Assembly: GCA_965209055.1 (NCBI GenBank)
Contig: OZ242374.1
Location: 3,616,001-3,680,000, forward strand
DNA: 64,000 bases
Reading direction: 5' to 3'
DNA from: Acidobacteriota bacterium
GTDB taxonomy: Bacteria; Acidobacteriota; UBA6911; RPQK01; JAJDTT01
Position numbers and translations under genes: made by a program. Below, piece after piece: positions 1 to 9,428 of this stretch (the first letter of the stretch is position 1; every line of letters starts with the position of its first letter). The notes under the pieces are model-generated. The model made no database searches, was not told the origin of the DNA, and worked only from the letters and a program-made list of their open reading frames with translations.

Positions 1-969
1 AACGTGGTCTTGCTCTGCCACGCACTCCCCATCTTCGCGGACACGGACCGGGCGACGTCCCAGATGGATGCCTCTCGAATCGAGGCCGCGGTCAGCGGCC
101 GGACCCGGGCGGTGATCCCGGTGCATCTGGGTGGGAACGTTTGTGACATGGACCGGATCCTGGAGGTCACGCGGCGCCGGGGGCTGAGGGTAGTCGAGGA
201 CGCCTGCCAGGCCCACCTGGCGGAGTGGAGGGGACGGAAAGTGGGAACCCTGGGGGATCTGGGCTGTTTCAGCTTTCAGGCGTCCAAGAATCTCAATTGC
301 GGAGAAGGTGGAGCGATTTCCGGTGACGACCCTGATCTGATGGCCACCTGCACCAGCTTCCAGGACGCCGGGCGGGGCTACCAGGCGACCGCCGAAGGAC
401 GCCTGGAGCGAGCGGCCGCACCGCTGAACCACGTGCGAAGCGGCGACAACCGGCGCATGACCGAATTTCAGGGGGCGCTGCTGCTGGGCCAATTGCAGCG
501 CCTCGATGCCCAGACCCGGCGCCGAAGAGAAAACGCCGCCTACCTGACTCGGATGTTCGACGAGATTCCCGGAATCGAACCTCCTGGGGAATACGAGGGA
601 TGCACCGGCAATGCCTATCACTTGTACATGTTCCGCTACCGGCCCGAAGCCTTCGCAGGAGTTTCGCGGGAACGTTTCCTGGAAGCGCTTCAGGCGGAAG
701 GGGTTCGCTGTTCCCCCGGCTACCGTCCGCTGAACCGGGAGCCGTTCCTGGAGCAGGCGCTCCGATCCCGGCACTATCGAAGAATCTATCCGGAAAAGGT
801 GCTCAAGGAGTGGCCCGAGCGGAACCATTGTCCCGAGAACGACCGGCTCTGCGAAGAGGCCGTCTGGTTGGGACAATCGGTCTTTCTGGGTTCGCGTTCC
901 GACATGGAAGAAATCGCGGCGGCGGTCCGCAAGGTCAGCCGGCTGGCGTCGACCCTGGTCGAGTCGTGA
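1..969 (+). CDS. DegT/DnrJ/EryC1/StrS family PLP aminotransferase (5' end outside window)
   Basis: [33 protein letters not shown] (PLP lysine motif); frame open to window start. Confidence 0.9.
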   Translation, partial: NVVLLCHALPIFADTDRATSQMDASRIEAAVSGRTRAVIPVHLGGNVCDMDRILEVTRRRGLRVVEDACQAHLAEWRGRKVGTLGDLGCFSFQASKNLNCGEGGAISGDDPDLMATCTSFQDAGRGYQATAEGRLERAAAPLNHVRSGDNRRMTEFQGALLLGQLQRLDAQTRRRRENAAYLTRMFDEIPGIEPPGEYEGCTGNAYHLYMFRYRPEAFAGVSRERFLEALQAEGVRCSPGYRPLNREPFLEQALRSRHYRRIYPEKVLKEWPERNHCPENDRLCEEAVWLGQSVFLGSRSDMEEIAAAVRKVSRLASTLVES

Positions 970-1147
970 CCTGCACGGGGATCGTGACCGAAACTGCGGC
1001 AACGGTGGGTGGAAGGCTGTACATCCAGGAGAGGCTCAAGTAGACTCTGCGCTTGAACTCCCTGAAAGGTGCCCGCGAGCCCCTGTTGCCTGATTTGCTA
1101 ACGATGGAAATCGGCCGGCTGCCGCGCCCCATGATTAGGAAGCGCTC

Positions 1148-2671
1148 ATGAACATTCTTCTGTACAACCCCGACAACCAGGTGACGAAGAACTACATGCC
1201 GCATTTGTGGATGTTTGTTCTGCAGGCGGTGACGCCGCCGGGGCACCGGGTGTTTCTGATCGACGGAAACGCACAGCCCATGACCCGGGCGGACATCATC
1301 CAGTTCGTCAAGGACAATGACATCCAGTTGGCCGGCATCGGCGCCATGACCCGGATGGCCGCCCGCGCCTACCAGATGGCCGACGCCATCCGTTCGGCCG
1401 GGGCCAAAGTGGTGATGGGAGGACCCCATGTAACGGAGGTTCCCGACGAGCCCATCGGCCGGAGTGGCGAACCCCGGCATGCCGATGCCGTGGCGCTGGG
1501 TGAAGCGGATGATATCTGGCCCAAGATCGTGGCCGATGCGGAAGCGGGTCAGCTCAAGGAGGTCTACGAACCTGTCGACGAGACGGGCAAGGAAGTCAAG
1601 CCCTCTCTGGACAACTACCCCAGAATTCCGTGGGAGACGCTGGACCTGCGCCAGTTTGACCTCATGGCCAAGATCCCCAACTGGGGCCGCTACCTGCTGA
1701 GGAAAGCGGGAAACACCTGGAAGGGCCTCTACATCGTCCCCGTCGAGTCCGGCAGGGGTTGTCCTTACGGATGCGATTTCTGCACCGTCACCGGGTTCTT
1801 CGGCGATTCCATTCGCTTCCGAAGCGATCAGAGCGTCGTTGACGAGATGCTGCGGCTCAAGGCCCGGGCCCGAAAGGAGAACAGCAGAGTCGGCGTTTTC
1901 TTCATCGACGACAACTTCGCCCTCAATAAACGTCGGACCAAATCGCTGCTTCGGGAAATCATTGCCCAGGATGCCGTGATTCCCTGGGTGGCTCAGATCA
2001 GCGTGAACCTGCTGAAAGACGAAGAGCTGGTGGACCTGATCCAGGAGAGCGGCGGCCGGTGGATCTTCATGGGTCTCGAGTCCATCGACACTGAGAACCT
2101 CAAGGACGTGAACAAGGGCTTCAACAAGCCTGCGCAATACGCCGAGGTTCTGGATCGCCTCGCCAAGCGCGGCATCTACTCCATCACCTCCTTCATCTTC
2201 GGAATGGACGGCGATCGCCCGGGGGTTGCCCGGAAGACTCTGGATGTCATCGACAGTTGGCCTCCGGGGCTGCCCGTATTCGGTCTGCTGACGCCCTATC
2301 CTGCGACTCCGTTGTACGATCGCCTGCTGGCGCAGGATCGGCTGACCCGTCCCAAGCACTGGCTGGATTTCAGGCCATTCCGCATGGCCTTCACTCCCAA
2401 CAACATCAGCATCAAGGCGGCCGAAGCCGAGGTTCACGAAGCCTGGACCCGGTCCTACTCACCCCAGACCACGGCCATGGCGCTGAAGAAGATCGAGGGG
2501 CGTCCCTTCCACGAACGAACTTTGATGTTCTTTACGCGGCTGGCGTTCCGGGGCATCTACTTCCCCCAGATGAAGAAGCGGCATTGGATCCTGTTGCTCT
2601 GGCAGAACCGGTCCAGCTTTATGCGCATTCTGTCCGAGGGCATTCAAGAACTTCGCCGTTCGAGAGCCTGA
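1148..2671 (+). CDS. B12-binding domain radical SAM protein
   Basis: N-terminal GGPH motif, ESGRGCPYGCDFC (CxxxCxxC), FFIDDNF, GLES; AGGAAG RBS. Confidence 0.9.
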   Translation: MNILLYNPDNQVTKNYMPHLWMFVLQAVTPPGHRVFLIDGNAQPMTRADIIQFVKDNDIQLAGIGAMTRMAARAYQMADAIRSAGAKVVMGGPHVTEVPDEPIGRSGEPRHADAVALGEADDIWPKIVADAEAGQLKEVYEPVDETGKEVKPSLDNYPRIPWETLDLRQFDLMAKIPNWGRYLLRKAGNTWKGLYIVPVESGRGCPYGCDFCTVTGFFGDSIRFRSDQSVVDEMLRLKARARKENSRVGVFFIDDNFALNKRRTKSLLREIIAQDAVIPWVAQISVNLLKDEELVDLIQESGGRWIFMGLESIDTENLKDVNKGFNKPAQYAEVLDRLAKRGIYSITSFIFGMDGDRPGVARKTLDVIDSWPPGLPVFGLLTPYPATPLYDRLLAQDRLTRPKHWLDFRPFRMAFTPNNISIKAAEAEVHEAWTRSYSPQTTAMALKKIEGRPFHERTLMFFTRLAFRGIYFPQMKKRHWILLLWQNRSSFMRILSEGIQELRRSRA

Positions 2672-2845
2672 CCGCATCGCAGCGCCTCCTCCTGACGGGT
2701 GGCGGCGTTTCCGGGTCCCATGGCGCTCCTCGTTGACGAGCGACTGCCAACACCCATCCCCGGCACAAGGCCGCAGCAAAGGCCGTTCAGAAACGCAGAC
2801 TTGCAGAGGCTGTCTATCATTCCCTCCTTCGGGGTTTTTCCATGT

Positions 2846-2878
2846 GTCGTCGGGAGCGCCGGCCGACGACGTTTTTTT
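2846..2878 (+). terminator. Putative intrinsic terminator
   Basis: GTCGTCGG-N9-CCGACGAC stem followed by G-T7. Confidence 0.45.
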
Positions 2879-2999
2879 CGGAGGATAAGGGTACAATAGC
2901 GCCGTCCGAGTGAGAGTTGGCTGATCGACCGCTGTGGCGCCCCTCCAGAAGATCCGGTCGCCGGTACGGGGTAATCATTTTAACTATCGCCTGGGAGTC

Positions 3000-5534
3000 A
3001 TGAGCAACATGAAAACGGGGAATTCCGTCTCCGCACAATCCAATGTCACTATTGTTTCCGTAGATCTGGGCCGCTGGACCAAAACCGAGATTCCGTCCGC
3101 CCTGGTGCAGGCCGTCAGAGCGGAAGTGGACGCCTTGGGCCTCCAGGCGGGACTCCGCGGGTCCTGGGTACGGGGCTTCGGCGGGGACCTTCACATCCAT
3201 CTCTCCAGCCTGAACGGAGATTTCGCCGGCGGGAATGCGGTTGATGTCTCGGCCCGGATCGGACTGCGAGGTGGACTGAAGGGCCTGGAACACGCGTTGG
3301 CGGCCGGTCTGGCCGGACCCGAAGCGACGGAGGTCTTCTCTCTGGCCCCGGACGCCCAGCGGGAGGCTCTGGGCATCCGACTCCTGAATTTTCCCTATAC
3401 CGAGCGGGGTGCCGAACCCATCTTCTTGGCCAAGGCTCTGGACGGCGCATGGGGCTTCTTCAACCGGTCTCTCTTCAACCTCTTCTTCAACCCTGACAAG
3501 GGCTCCGGACGGAGGATCGAAGCCAACGACTATCTCGGAGTGGTCGAGTCCATCGAAGATCTGGCTGCGGGGCGGGACCGGATCCGGACCTACGAGTTCG
3601 GACCCGGTCAACTGAACGAGCTGGTGGCTCTCATCGCCGACGCCGAGCAGTGGCGTCTGAGCCAGGTCTATGCGGTCCGGGGCCGGTTCGCGGAGGGCGC
3701 GCTGCGGGATGAGCCGGCCGCTGTGGTGGGAGGGAGCTTCAATCCCATCCTGATTGGACGTTCCCAGTCGGGGCTGCCTGCCATCGGTGAATTCACGCAG
3801 GCGGCCGGCGAGTTTCATTTCGGTCCGGGTGGACACGGCGGGGAGTACCGGGTCGGGCTGGTGCCGGTGGACTTTCCCGGAAGCCGGGCCCTCCGTTCCG
3901 GGGAGGGAGCGGCCCGGATCGTGGCCTACGCCTACCAGTCGTTCGATCGGGGCCGCATCCCTTCCGACACCGACGTCGTGGACGTTTTCGATCAGAATCG
4001 GCCCGAAACCCGCTGCCTGCAGAGAGACGCGGCCGACCTGATCCGGCACATGGCCGGGCAAGGCCAGTTCGAACCGTATCTGAATCCCCAGGCATCGGAA
4101 TCCAGGGCTGCGGATCTGGCCGCACGACTCTCGGGACGGCTCGAGGACATTCCCGATGAGGATCCACTGATCGCAGGCGCCAACCAGCGGGCGCGTTTCA
4201 CCATCTCCGACATCAAGGCCGACGGCGGAGGCAAAGTGGGCCACACGACGCCGCCGAACCATTTCCGGTTCGTCGCCAAGGCGAGCCTCCAGGAAGCGAC
4301 GGAGCTGGGTCTCATCTCCTCGACCTCCGAGGTCATCGAGGTGGGCGACGACGAACACCTGCTCATGACCCATTCCCGCGGCGCCGACGACAACGCGGTT
4401 CACCTTTTCGCCTATCGAACCTTCTTTCGCCAGGTCTGGGTTGCCGGCACCCTGGGCTACAAGTGGTACGGTCTGGGCCAGGATCTCGTGGGAGACGCCT
4501 CTGCCGGCCGGGCCACGGAGGAGTTGGCTCACCTGACCGACCGGTTTCTGGAGTTGTTGGCCGATCACCTGCCCGATGCCGAGCGGTCTCAACTGGGCGT
4601 TCTCGAGAAGGCGTACGGGGACTGGAAAGCGGGGTTGGTGGAGGCCGGCGAGCCCGAACCGGTCTTTTCCGGCAACGTCTCGGGGCAGGGGCCCGGTTTC
4701 GCGGAACTGCCCCTCAACCGGACGCAGCGGGTGGGTCTCCTTTCCATCGACAAGGCGGGACCGTCGGCCTTCAACCTCCCCGTCTGGTGGGGTCTGAACC
4801 ACGCACGGACCAGCGGATCGCTGCAACGGCATCTCGAGTCCATTGGTGGCTCCGGAGCCGTGCTGGAGGTCTGGGACGTGGAGCACCATCGCCGGATCTT
4901 CCTGGACCTGGAAACCGAGTCGGGGCATTGTCAGACGCTGCTGGGCGCCGTGGAGAAGTTCAACGTCAAGCGCGTCTGGAGCCGGAACGGGGCGTTCGAT
5001 CCGGCGCATCCGCACCAATGCCTGGACGAGGTCCTGCTGTCGGCCTCCACCGAGAAACTGGCCGTCATTTCGGGCGGCGAGTACCTGGGCAAGGACGACC
5101 CGGTGCTGCTGTCGGTGGAGCCGCTGGCGGAGGGGCTCAACCTCTTCATGCGGGATCACTTCTACATGACTCAGGGAGACGGGCGGGGGTCCCACTACAT
5201 GTTTCCGACGCCCCTTTCTTTCCGGGACGCCATCGCCACCATCTCCAGCCGGGGAGTCGCCGTCTCCGCCTGGATCCAATTGGATGAATCGGGTCGCATG
5301 ACCGAGTTCCGGGACATGTTCGCGGATCCCTCCTACGAGGCGGCTCGAGAACGCGCCTATCGGGTGAACAAGGCCATTTGGGACGCGCACGGCGGCAACT
5401 TCATTCCGGTGGGGGTCGGGGCCTCCAAGGTGGAGAGTTCGTATCCCTTGGCGAAGACTCTGGCCCGCATCACGCGGCCCGATTCGGAATTTGCATCCAG
5501 CCGGGGCCAGGACCTCGTCCTGGTTCGGTCCTGA
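3000..5534 (+). CDS. Class V fructose-1,6-bisphosphate aldolase/phosphatase family protein with two tandem domains
   Basis: C-half TISDIKAD, VGDD, GQD, FSGNVSGQGPG, DK..PSAFNLP, YLGKDDP, RGSH; N-half ERGAEPI, RSQSGLPAIGE, GQFEPYL. Start uncertain (3000 or 3009). Confidence 0.8.
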   Translation: MSNMKTGNSVSAQSNVTIVSVDLGRWTKTEIPSALVQAVRAEVDALGLQAGLRGSWVRGFGGDLHIHLSSLNGDFAGGNAVDVSARIGLRGGLKGLEHALAAGLAGPEATEVFSLAPDAQREALGIRLLNFPYTERGAEPIFLAKALDGAWGFFNRSLFNLFFNPDKGSGRRIEANDYLGVVESIEDLAAGRDRIRTYEFGPGQLNELVALIADAEQWRLSQVYAVRGRFAEGALRDEPAAVVGGSFNPILIGRSQSGLPAIGEFTQAAGEFHFGPGGHGGEYRVGLVPVDFPGSRALRSGEGAARIVAYAYQSFDRGRIPSDTDVVDVFDQNRPETRCLQRDAADLIRHMAGQGQFEPYLNPQASESRAADLAARLSGRLEDIPDEDPLIAGANQRARFTISDIKADGGGKVGHTTPPNHFRFVAKASLQEATELGLISSTSEVIEVGDDEHLLMTHSRGADDNAVHLFAYRTFFRQVWVAGTLGYKWYGLGQDLVGDASAGRATEELAHLTDRFLELLADHLPDAERSQLGVLEKAYGDWKAGLVEAGEPEPVFSGNVSGQGPGFAELPLNRTQRVGLLSIDKAGPSAFNLPVWWGLNHARTSGSLQRHLESIGGSGAVLEVWDVEHHRRIFLDLETESGHCQTLLGAVEKFNVKRVWSRNGAFDPAHPHQCLDEVLLSASTEKLAVISGGEYLGKDDPVLLSVEPLAEGLNLFMRDHFYMTQGDGRGSHYMFPTPLSFRDAIATISSRGVAVSAWIQLDESGRMTEFRDMFADPSYEAARERAYRVNKAIWDAHGGNFIPVGVGASKVESSYPLAKTLARITRPDSEFASSRGQDLVLVRS

Positions 5535-5730
5535 ATCCGCGGGACGGGAATCATGGTCCACGGACAAGAGCAGTCGCGAGGATCATTGGGCGCTGAATCG
5601 CGCCCAACGGCGTTATGCTCCGTTCACATTCTGCCGGATGACGACGGGCGGGCACGAGACTGTTCCTCCCTCGTGAGGGCCGGCGCATCATTCCTCCGGC
5701 CGGCACGCCGGACCTGCGGCACGGACTCCC

Positions 5731-6048
5731 ATGTCTCCTGACTTCATCCGGGCGGGAGGCATTTCGGTGAATCTGGAGCAGTGTACGGCCCGGGCCGGAC
5801 GCCGCGTGCTCCGACTGACGCTCACCGAGTACAATCTTCTGGTCTGCCTGTTGCGAAATCCGGGACGGGTCCTGAGCCGCCGTCAGTTGCTGGATGCGGC
5901 ATGGGGAGAAAACTACCAGGGTGGCGAGCGGACCGTGGATACCCACATTGGACGGCTCCGGAAGAAGCTGGGCAAAGCGGGGCAACGGATCCAGACCCTG
6001 CGTGGAATGGGCTACAAGCTGGATGCGGTCCGGCGGCGATCGGTTTGA
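5731..6048 (+). CDS. Stand-alone OmpR/PhoB-type winged-helix DNA-binding protein
   Basis: LTLTEYNLL, LSRRQLLDAAWG, RTVDTHIGRLRKKL, IQTLRGMGY; no receiver domain. Confidence 0.8.
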   Translation: MSPDFIRAGGISVNLEQCTARAGRRVLRLTLTEYNLLVCLLRNPGRVLSRRQLLDAAWGENYQGGERTVDTHIGRLRKKLGKAGQRIQTLRGMGYKLDAVRRRSV

Positions 6049-6295
6049 TCTGCCTTCCTCGGTTCTTGACGGTTTGCGTGTCGCAAGTTTGTTCGCCACC
6101 GTGTTCTTCGCAGTGGGGTCCTGGTTTCGGATCGTAAAGCGCCTGGGCGTCTCCCATCCGGATGGCGAACCCGTACAAGCCGGACTCTGATGCCGGCCGG
6201 TGCCGGATCGTCCCGGTACTGGCGACTCCGTCTCGTACGGCGGTTTACAGATTCGATTCCAAGGTTCTTCCGATCTGGGAAAATACATTGAATTA

Positions 6296-6325
6296 TTGAA
6301 TAAACATCATTGTGAAAAGTATAAG
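6296..6325 (+). promoter_or_regulatory. Putative sigma70 promoter in an AT-rich patch
   Basis: TTGAAT-N18-TATAAG upstream of the RBS at 6331. Confidence 0.45.
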
Positions 6326-6340
6326 AACTAGGGGAGAGGA

Positions 6341-6502
6341 ATGGATAAGATACTGAAAATAAAGAACCTGCTAGGTCAGATTCGGCTGAATCGAAGTCAC
6401 TCGCGATTTCGGGTGGATGCCACCGCTCGGAAGTCCCGCTTTGGCCCAGTCCGAATTCGTGGCGGGTCGATTTCGAAAACGGTCCTGGATGATCGGGGCT
6501 GA
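6341..6502 (+). CDS. Small basic protein, 53 aa (absent from ORF track)
   Basis: GGGGAGAGGA directly before ATG; MDKILKIKNLLGQIRLNRSHSRFRVDATARKSRFGPVRIRGGSISKTVLDDRG*. Confidence 0.5.
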   Translation: MDKILKIKNLLGQIRLNRSHSRFRVDATARKSRFGPVRIRGGSISKTVLDDRG

Positions 6503-6563
6503 GGACGGCCGAAGAAGGACCGGCGGCGATGGAGTTGACCTGCGCGCCCACGAGCCAGAGAAT

Positions 6564-7226
6564 ATGCGCGTTGTGAGTTCCTTTGAGATCGAGTCGGACG
6601 CGGTGGAGCCGTTCTTCAAGAACGGCTACATCCTGTCGTGTCCGGCCAGCGGAAACGCCATCTACATCGACCCTGGGGACGAGGCTCCCCGCCTCCTGGC
6701 CCGCGTGCGGGAACGCCGTCTCAGCCTGATCGCCGTGGTGCTGACCCATGCCCACGTGGATCACATTACGGGCGTCGGACAAGTCGTGGAGGAATGGAGA
6801 ACTCCCATCTACCTGCATCCTGAGGATCGTTCCATCTACGACGCTCTGCCCGAGTGGGGCTATTGGTTCGGGCTCAACTGCGATCCTGCGCCGCCGCCGA
6901 CCGACATCCTGGAGGACGGACAGACGCTGAGCCTGGATTGTCTGCGGATCCGGGTGCATCACACCCCCGGCCACTCCCCGGGCAGCGTCTCGCTGGAGGT
7001 GGAGAATCACCTGTTCTGCGGGGACACCGTGTTCCAGGGATCCATCGGCCGGACCGATCTGCCCTTGGCCTCCTACGAAGTCCTGATCGAGACCATTCGA
7101 AACAGGATCCTTCCCCTGGGGGACGACGTCGTCCTCTACCCGGGCCACGGACCCGAGACCACGGTGGGCGAGGAACGCCTCGGCAACCCGTTCCTGACGG
7201 GGGCGGCCCGCCCCGTCGGCTTTTAG
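6564..7226 (+). CDS. MBL-fold metallo-hydrolase (GloC/YcbL-like)
   Basis: THAHVDH, HTPGHSPG, GDTVF.GSIGRTDL, YPGHGPETT. Confidence 0.9.
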   Translation: MRVVSSFEIESDAVEPFFKNGYILSCPASGNAIYIDPGDEAPRLLARVRERRLSLIAVVLTHAHVDHITGVGQVVEEWRTPIYLHPEDRSIYDALPEWGYWFGLNCDPAPPPTDILEDGQTLSLDCLRIRVHHTPGHSPGSVSLEVENHLFCGDTVFQGSIGRTDLPLASYEVLIETIRNRILPLGDDVVLYPGHGPETTVGEERLGNPFLTGAARPVGF

Positions 7227-7272
7227 CCGGGCCAGGCAACGACTCCGAAGGAACGACCGCTCCCGGAAGACA

Positions 7273-7995
7273 ATGATGGGGCCGCCCTGGAAGATACGGT
7301 GGGTCTTCTTCGACGCGGTGGGAACCCTGTTCCGCGTGCGCGGCTCGGTGGGCGAGGTCTACGGCCGGGAGGCGTTCCGTTACGGGTTCGAGGGCGATCC
7401 GGACCGTCCCGCGTACGCCGCCGTCGACCGTGCCTTCAAGCGAGCCTTTCGGAAGGTGCAGGCGGCGTCTCCTCTGGCGGGAAGATCGGGAGAAGCCGCA
7501 CAGAAAGAGTGGTGGAGGGAAGTGGTCCGGGAAACCTTCAAGGGCCTGGGGCCGTTTCCCCGGTTCGAGAGCTTCTTTGAATCGGTCTTCGATCTCTTCG
7601 CCACGGACGCCGCGTGGGTTTTGGAGCCTGGGTGCCGGCGGGTCCTGAATCGTCTCAAGCTCCAGGGGCGAAACCTGGGGATCATCTCCAACTTCGACAG
7701 CCGGATCGATTCGGTCCTGGAGGCATTGGAAATCCGGCAATTCTTCGATCTGATAGCAGTTTCCTCCCGGTCGCCTCACGCCAAGCCGGAGGAAGCGATG
7801 TTCCGGACGGCGGTCCGCCAGGCCGGGGCCGATCCGGGCCGCTGCCTTCATGTGGGAGACCATCCGGAGGAGGACTACGACGCCGGCCGGGCCGCCGGCC
7901 TGCACGCTCTTCTTTACGATCCCGGCCGGCGTTGGACGGGCCGCGCCGAACACCGCGTCGATGATTTGCAAGGCGTCGGTTCGTTTTTGCTATAG
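7273..7995 (+). CDS. HAD-IA family hydrolase
   Basis: FFDAVGTL, IISNFDSR, KP, HVGDHPEED. Confidence 0.9.
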   Translation: MMGPPWKIRWVFFDAVGTLFRVRGSVGEVYGREAFRYGFEGDPDRPAYAAVDRAFKRAFRKVQAASPLAGRSGEAAQKEWWREVVRETFKGLGPFPRFESFFESVFDLFATDAAWVLEPGCRRVLNRLKLQGRNLGIISNFDSRIDSVLEALEIRQFFDLIAVSSRSPHAKPEEAMFRTAVRQAGADPGRCLHVGDHPEEDYDAGRAAGLHALLYDPGRRWTGRAEHRVDDLQGVGSFLL

Positions 7996-8052
7996 TGCAG
8001 CCTCTTGACGGCACCGGCCCGGGCCGAACGGCCCACCAACAGGAGAACCCCA

Positions 8053-8892
8053 GTGAAAGACCAGGTGATTCACGTCGCTCATAGTCCCGATAGTGACGAT
8101 GCCTTCATGTTCTACGCCCTGGCCACCGGCGCCATGGACACGGGCGGGCTTGAGTTCGTTCACGAACTCAAGGACATCGAAAGTCTGAATCAAGATGCCA
8201 AGCAAGGCCGCTACGAGGTGACGGCGGTGAGCATCCATGCCTACGCCTATCTCGCCGATCGCTATGCGCTGCTGGACAGCGGGGCCAGCATGGGTGAGGG
8301 ATACGGGCCGGTCCTGGTGGCGCGCGAACCGTGGGGTGTGGAACGGATCTCATCGCTGCTGGTGGCGGTGCCGGGGGAGCGGACCTCCGCACTCCTGGCG
8401 CTCAAGCTGTTGGAGCCCAATCTGCGGTACCGCGTGATCGACTTCGACCAGATCATCCCCGCGGTCCAGGCAGGAGAGGTGGATGCGGGCCTGATCATCC
8501 ACGAGGGCCAGTTGCTGTACGAGAGCCTGGGCCTTCATTGTGTGGTGGACCTGGGCCGCTGGTGGAATCAAGGTACCGGTCTTCCGCTTCCTCTGGGGGG
8601 GAACGTGATCCGGAGGGACCTGGGAACGGAACGGATCCACCAGGTCAGCCGGCTCTTGAAGGAGAGCATCCGCTACGCCCTGGAACATCGGGACGAGGCC
8701 TTGGACTACGCTCTGAGTTATGGCAGGGGACTGGGACGCCGGCAGGGCGACCAGTTCGTCGGGATGTACGTCAACGAACGCACCCTGAGCTATGGCGAGA
8801 AAGGGCGGCGGGCGGTCCGCCTCTTCCTGGAACGCGGATACTCCGCCGGCCTGATTCCCCACAGGCCGGATATCGAATTCGTGACCTGCTGA
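8053..8892 (+). CDS. mqnD: 1,4-dihydroxy-6-naphthoate synthase (MqnA/MqnD family, futalosine pathway)
   Basis: HSPDSDDAFMFYAL, GYGP, IIHEGQ, LPLPLGG, MYVN; AGGAG RBS before GTG. Confidence 0.8.
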   Translation: MKDQVIHVAHSPDSDDAFMFYALATGAMDTGGLEFVHELKDIESLNQDAKQGRYEVTAVSIHAYAYLADRYALLDSGASMGEGYGPVLVAREPWGVERISSLLVAVPGERTSALLALKLLEPNLRYRVIDFDQIIPAVQAGEVDAGLIIHEGQLLYESLGLHCVVDLGRWWNQGTGLPLPLGGNVIRRDLGTERIHQVSRLLKESIRYALEHRDEALDYALSYGRGLGRRQGDQFVGMYVNERTLSYGEKGRRAVRLFLERGYSAGLIPHRPDIEFVTC

Positions 8893-8920
8893 CGGGAAGA
8901 TCTCAAACGCCGGGGGGTTC

Positions 8921-8950
8921 TTGACACCACCTCTCGGGCAATCTCATAAT
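8921..8950 (+). promoter_or_regulatory. sigma70 promoter of the rrf2-cysM operon
   Basis: TTGACA-N18-CATAAT. Confidence 0.65.
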
Positions 8951-8957
8951 GCCGGCG

Positions 8958-8982
8958 AAAGTTGACTAAAACAGTAGGGATT
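8958..8982 (+). promoter_or_regulatory. Putative Rrf2 (IscR/CymR-type) operator
   Basis: AAAGTTGACTAAAACAGTAGGGATT, an imperfect palindrome (ACT-N5-AGT core) resembling IscR type-1 sites, between the -10 and the start codon. Confidence 0.6.
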
Positions 8983-8993
8983 GTGGAGATTCC

Positions 8994-9410
8994 ATGAAGA
9001 TCACCGCGCGAGCCGACTACGCCATCCTGGCCATCTTCGAACTGGCGCTGCATCCTCCGACGACTCGCGTGCAGGCCCGGGAGCTGGCCGAGAGCCAGGA
9101 AATTCCGCTGAGGTTCCTGGAGCAGATTCTGATTCAGCTCAAGAAAGCGGGCATGGTCGAGAGTGTCCGGGGTGCCGCGGGCGGCTACAAACTGGCCTGT
9201 GCGCCCAGAGAGATCAGCCTGGCCCGGATCATGGAAGCGGTGGAGGGGGACGTGACCCTCCTCGATTCCAGAGTGAAGCCGACCTGTGTCTTGTACAAGG
9301 TCTGGCAGGAGATCGATCAGGAGTTCGTGGACAGGCTCGGGTCCATCACCGTCGAGGATCTGGTTCGCCGAAAGATCCGGGACGACCGAGTTCTGGTTTA
9401 CCATATCTGA
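8994..9410 (+). CDS. Rrf2 family regulator, CymR-like
   Basis: FLEQIL..LKKAG.VESVRGAAGGY; lacks the three-Cys Fe-S motif; C-terminus VYHI. Confidence 0.85.
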   Translation: MKITARADYAILAIFELALHPPTTRVQARELAESQEIPLRFLEQILIQLKKAGMVESVRGAAGGYKLACAPREISLARIMEAVEGDVTLLDSRVKPTCVLYKVWQEIDQEFVDRLGSITVEDLVRRKIRDDRVLVYHI

Positions 9411-9428
9411 GGAGCGCGCAAGAGACTC

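Noticed and set aside
970-1147. Cobalamin riboswitch before the B12 radical SAM gene
   Set aside because: No B12-box or GCCACTG element visible
2817-5567. Long antisense or alternate-frame ORFs (916 aa here; also 935-2437, 36981-38567, 57438-60041, 61145-62857)
   Set aside because: Shadows of well-supported genes, expected in high-GC DNA; no recognisable motifs
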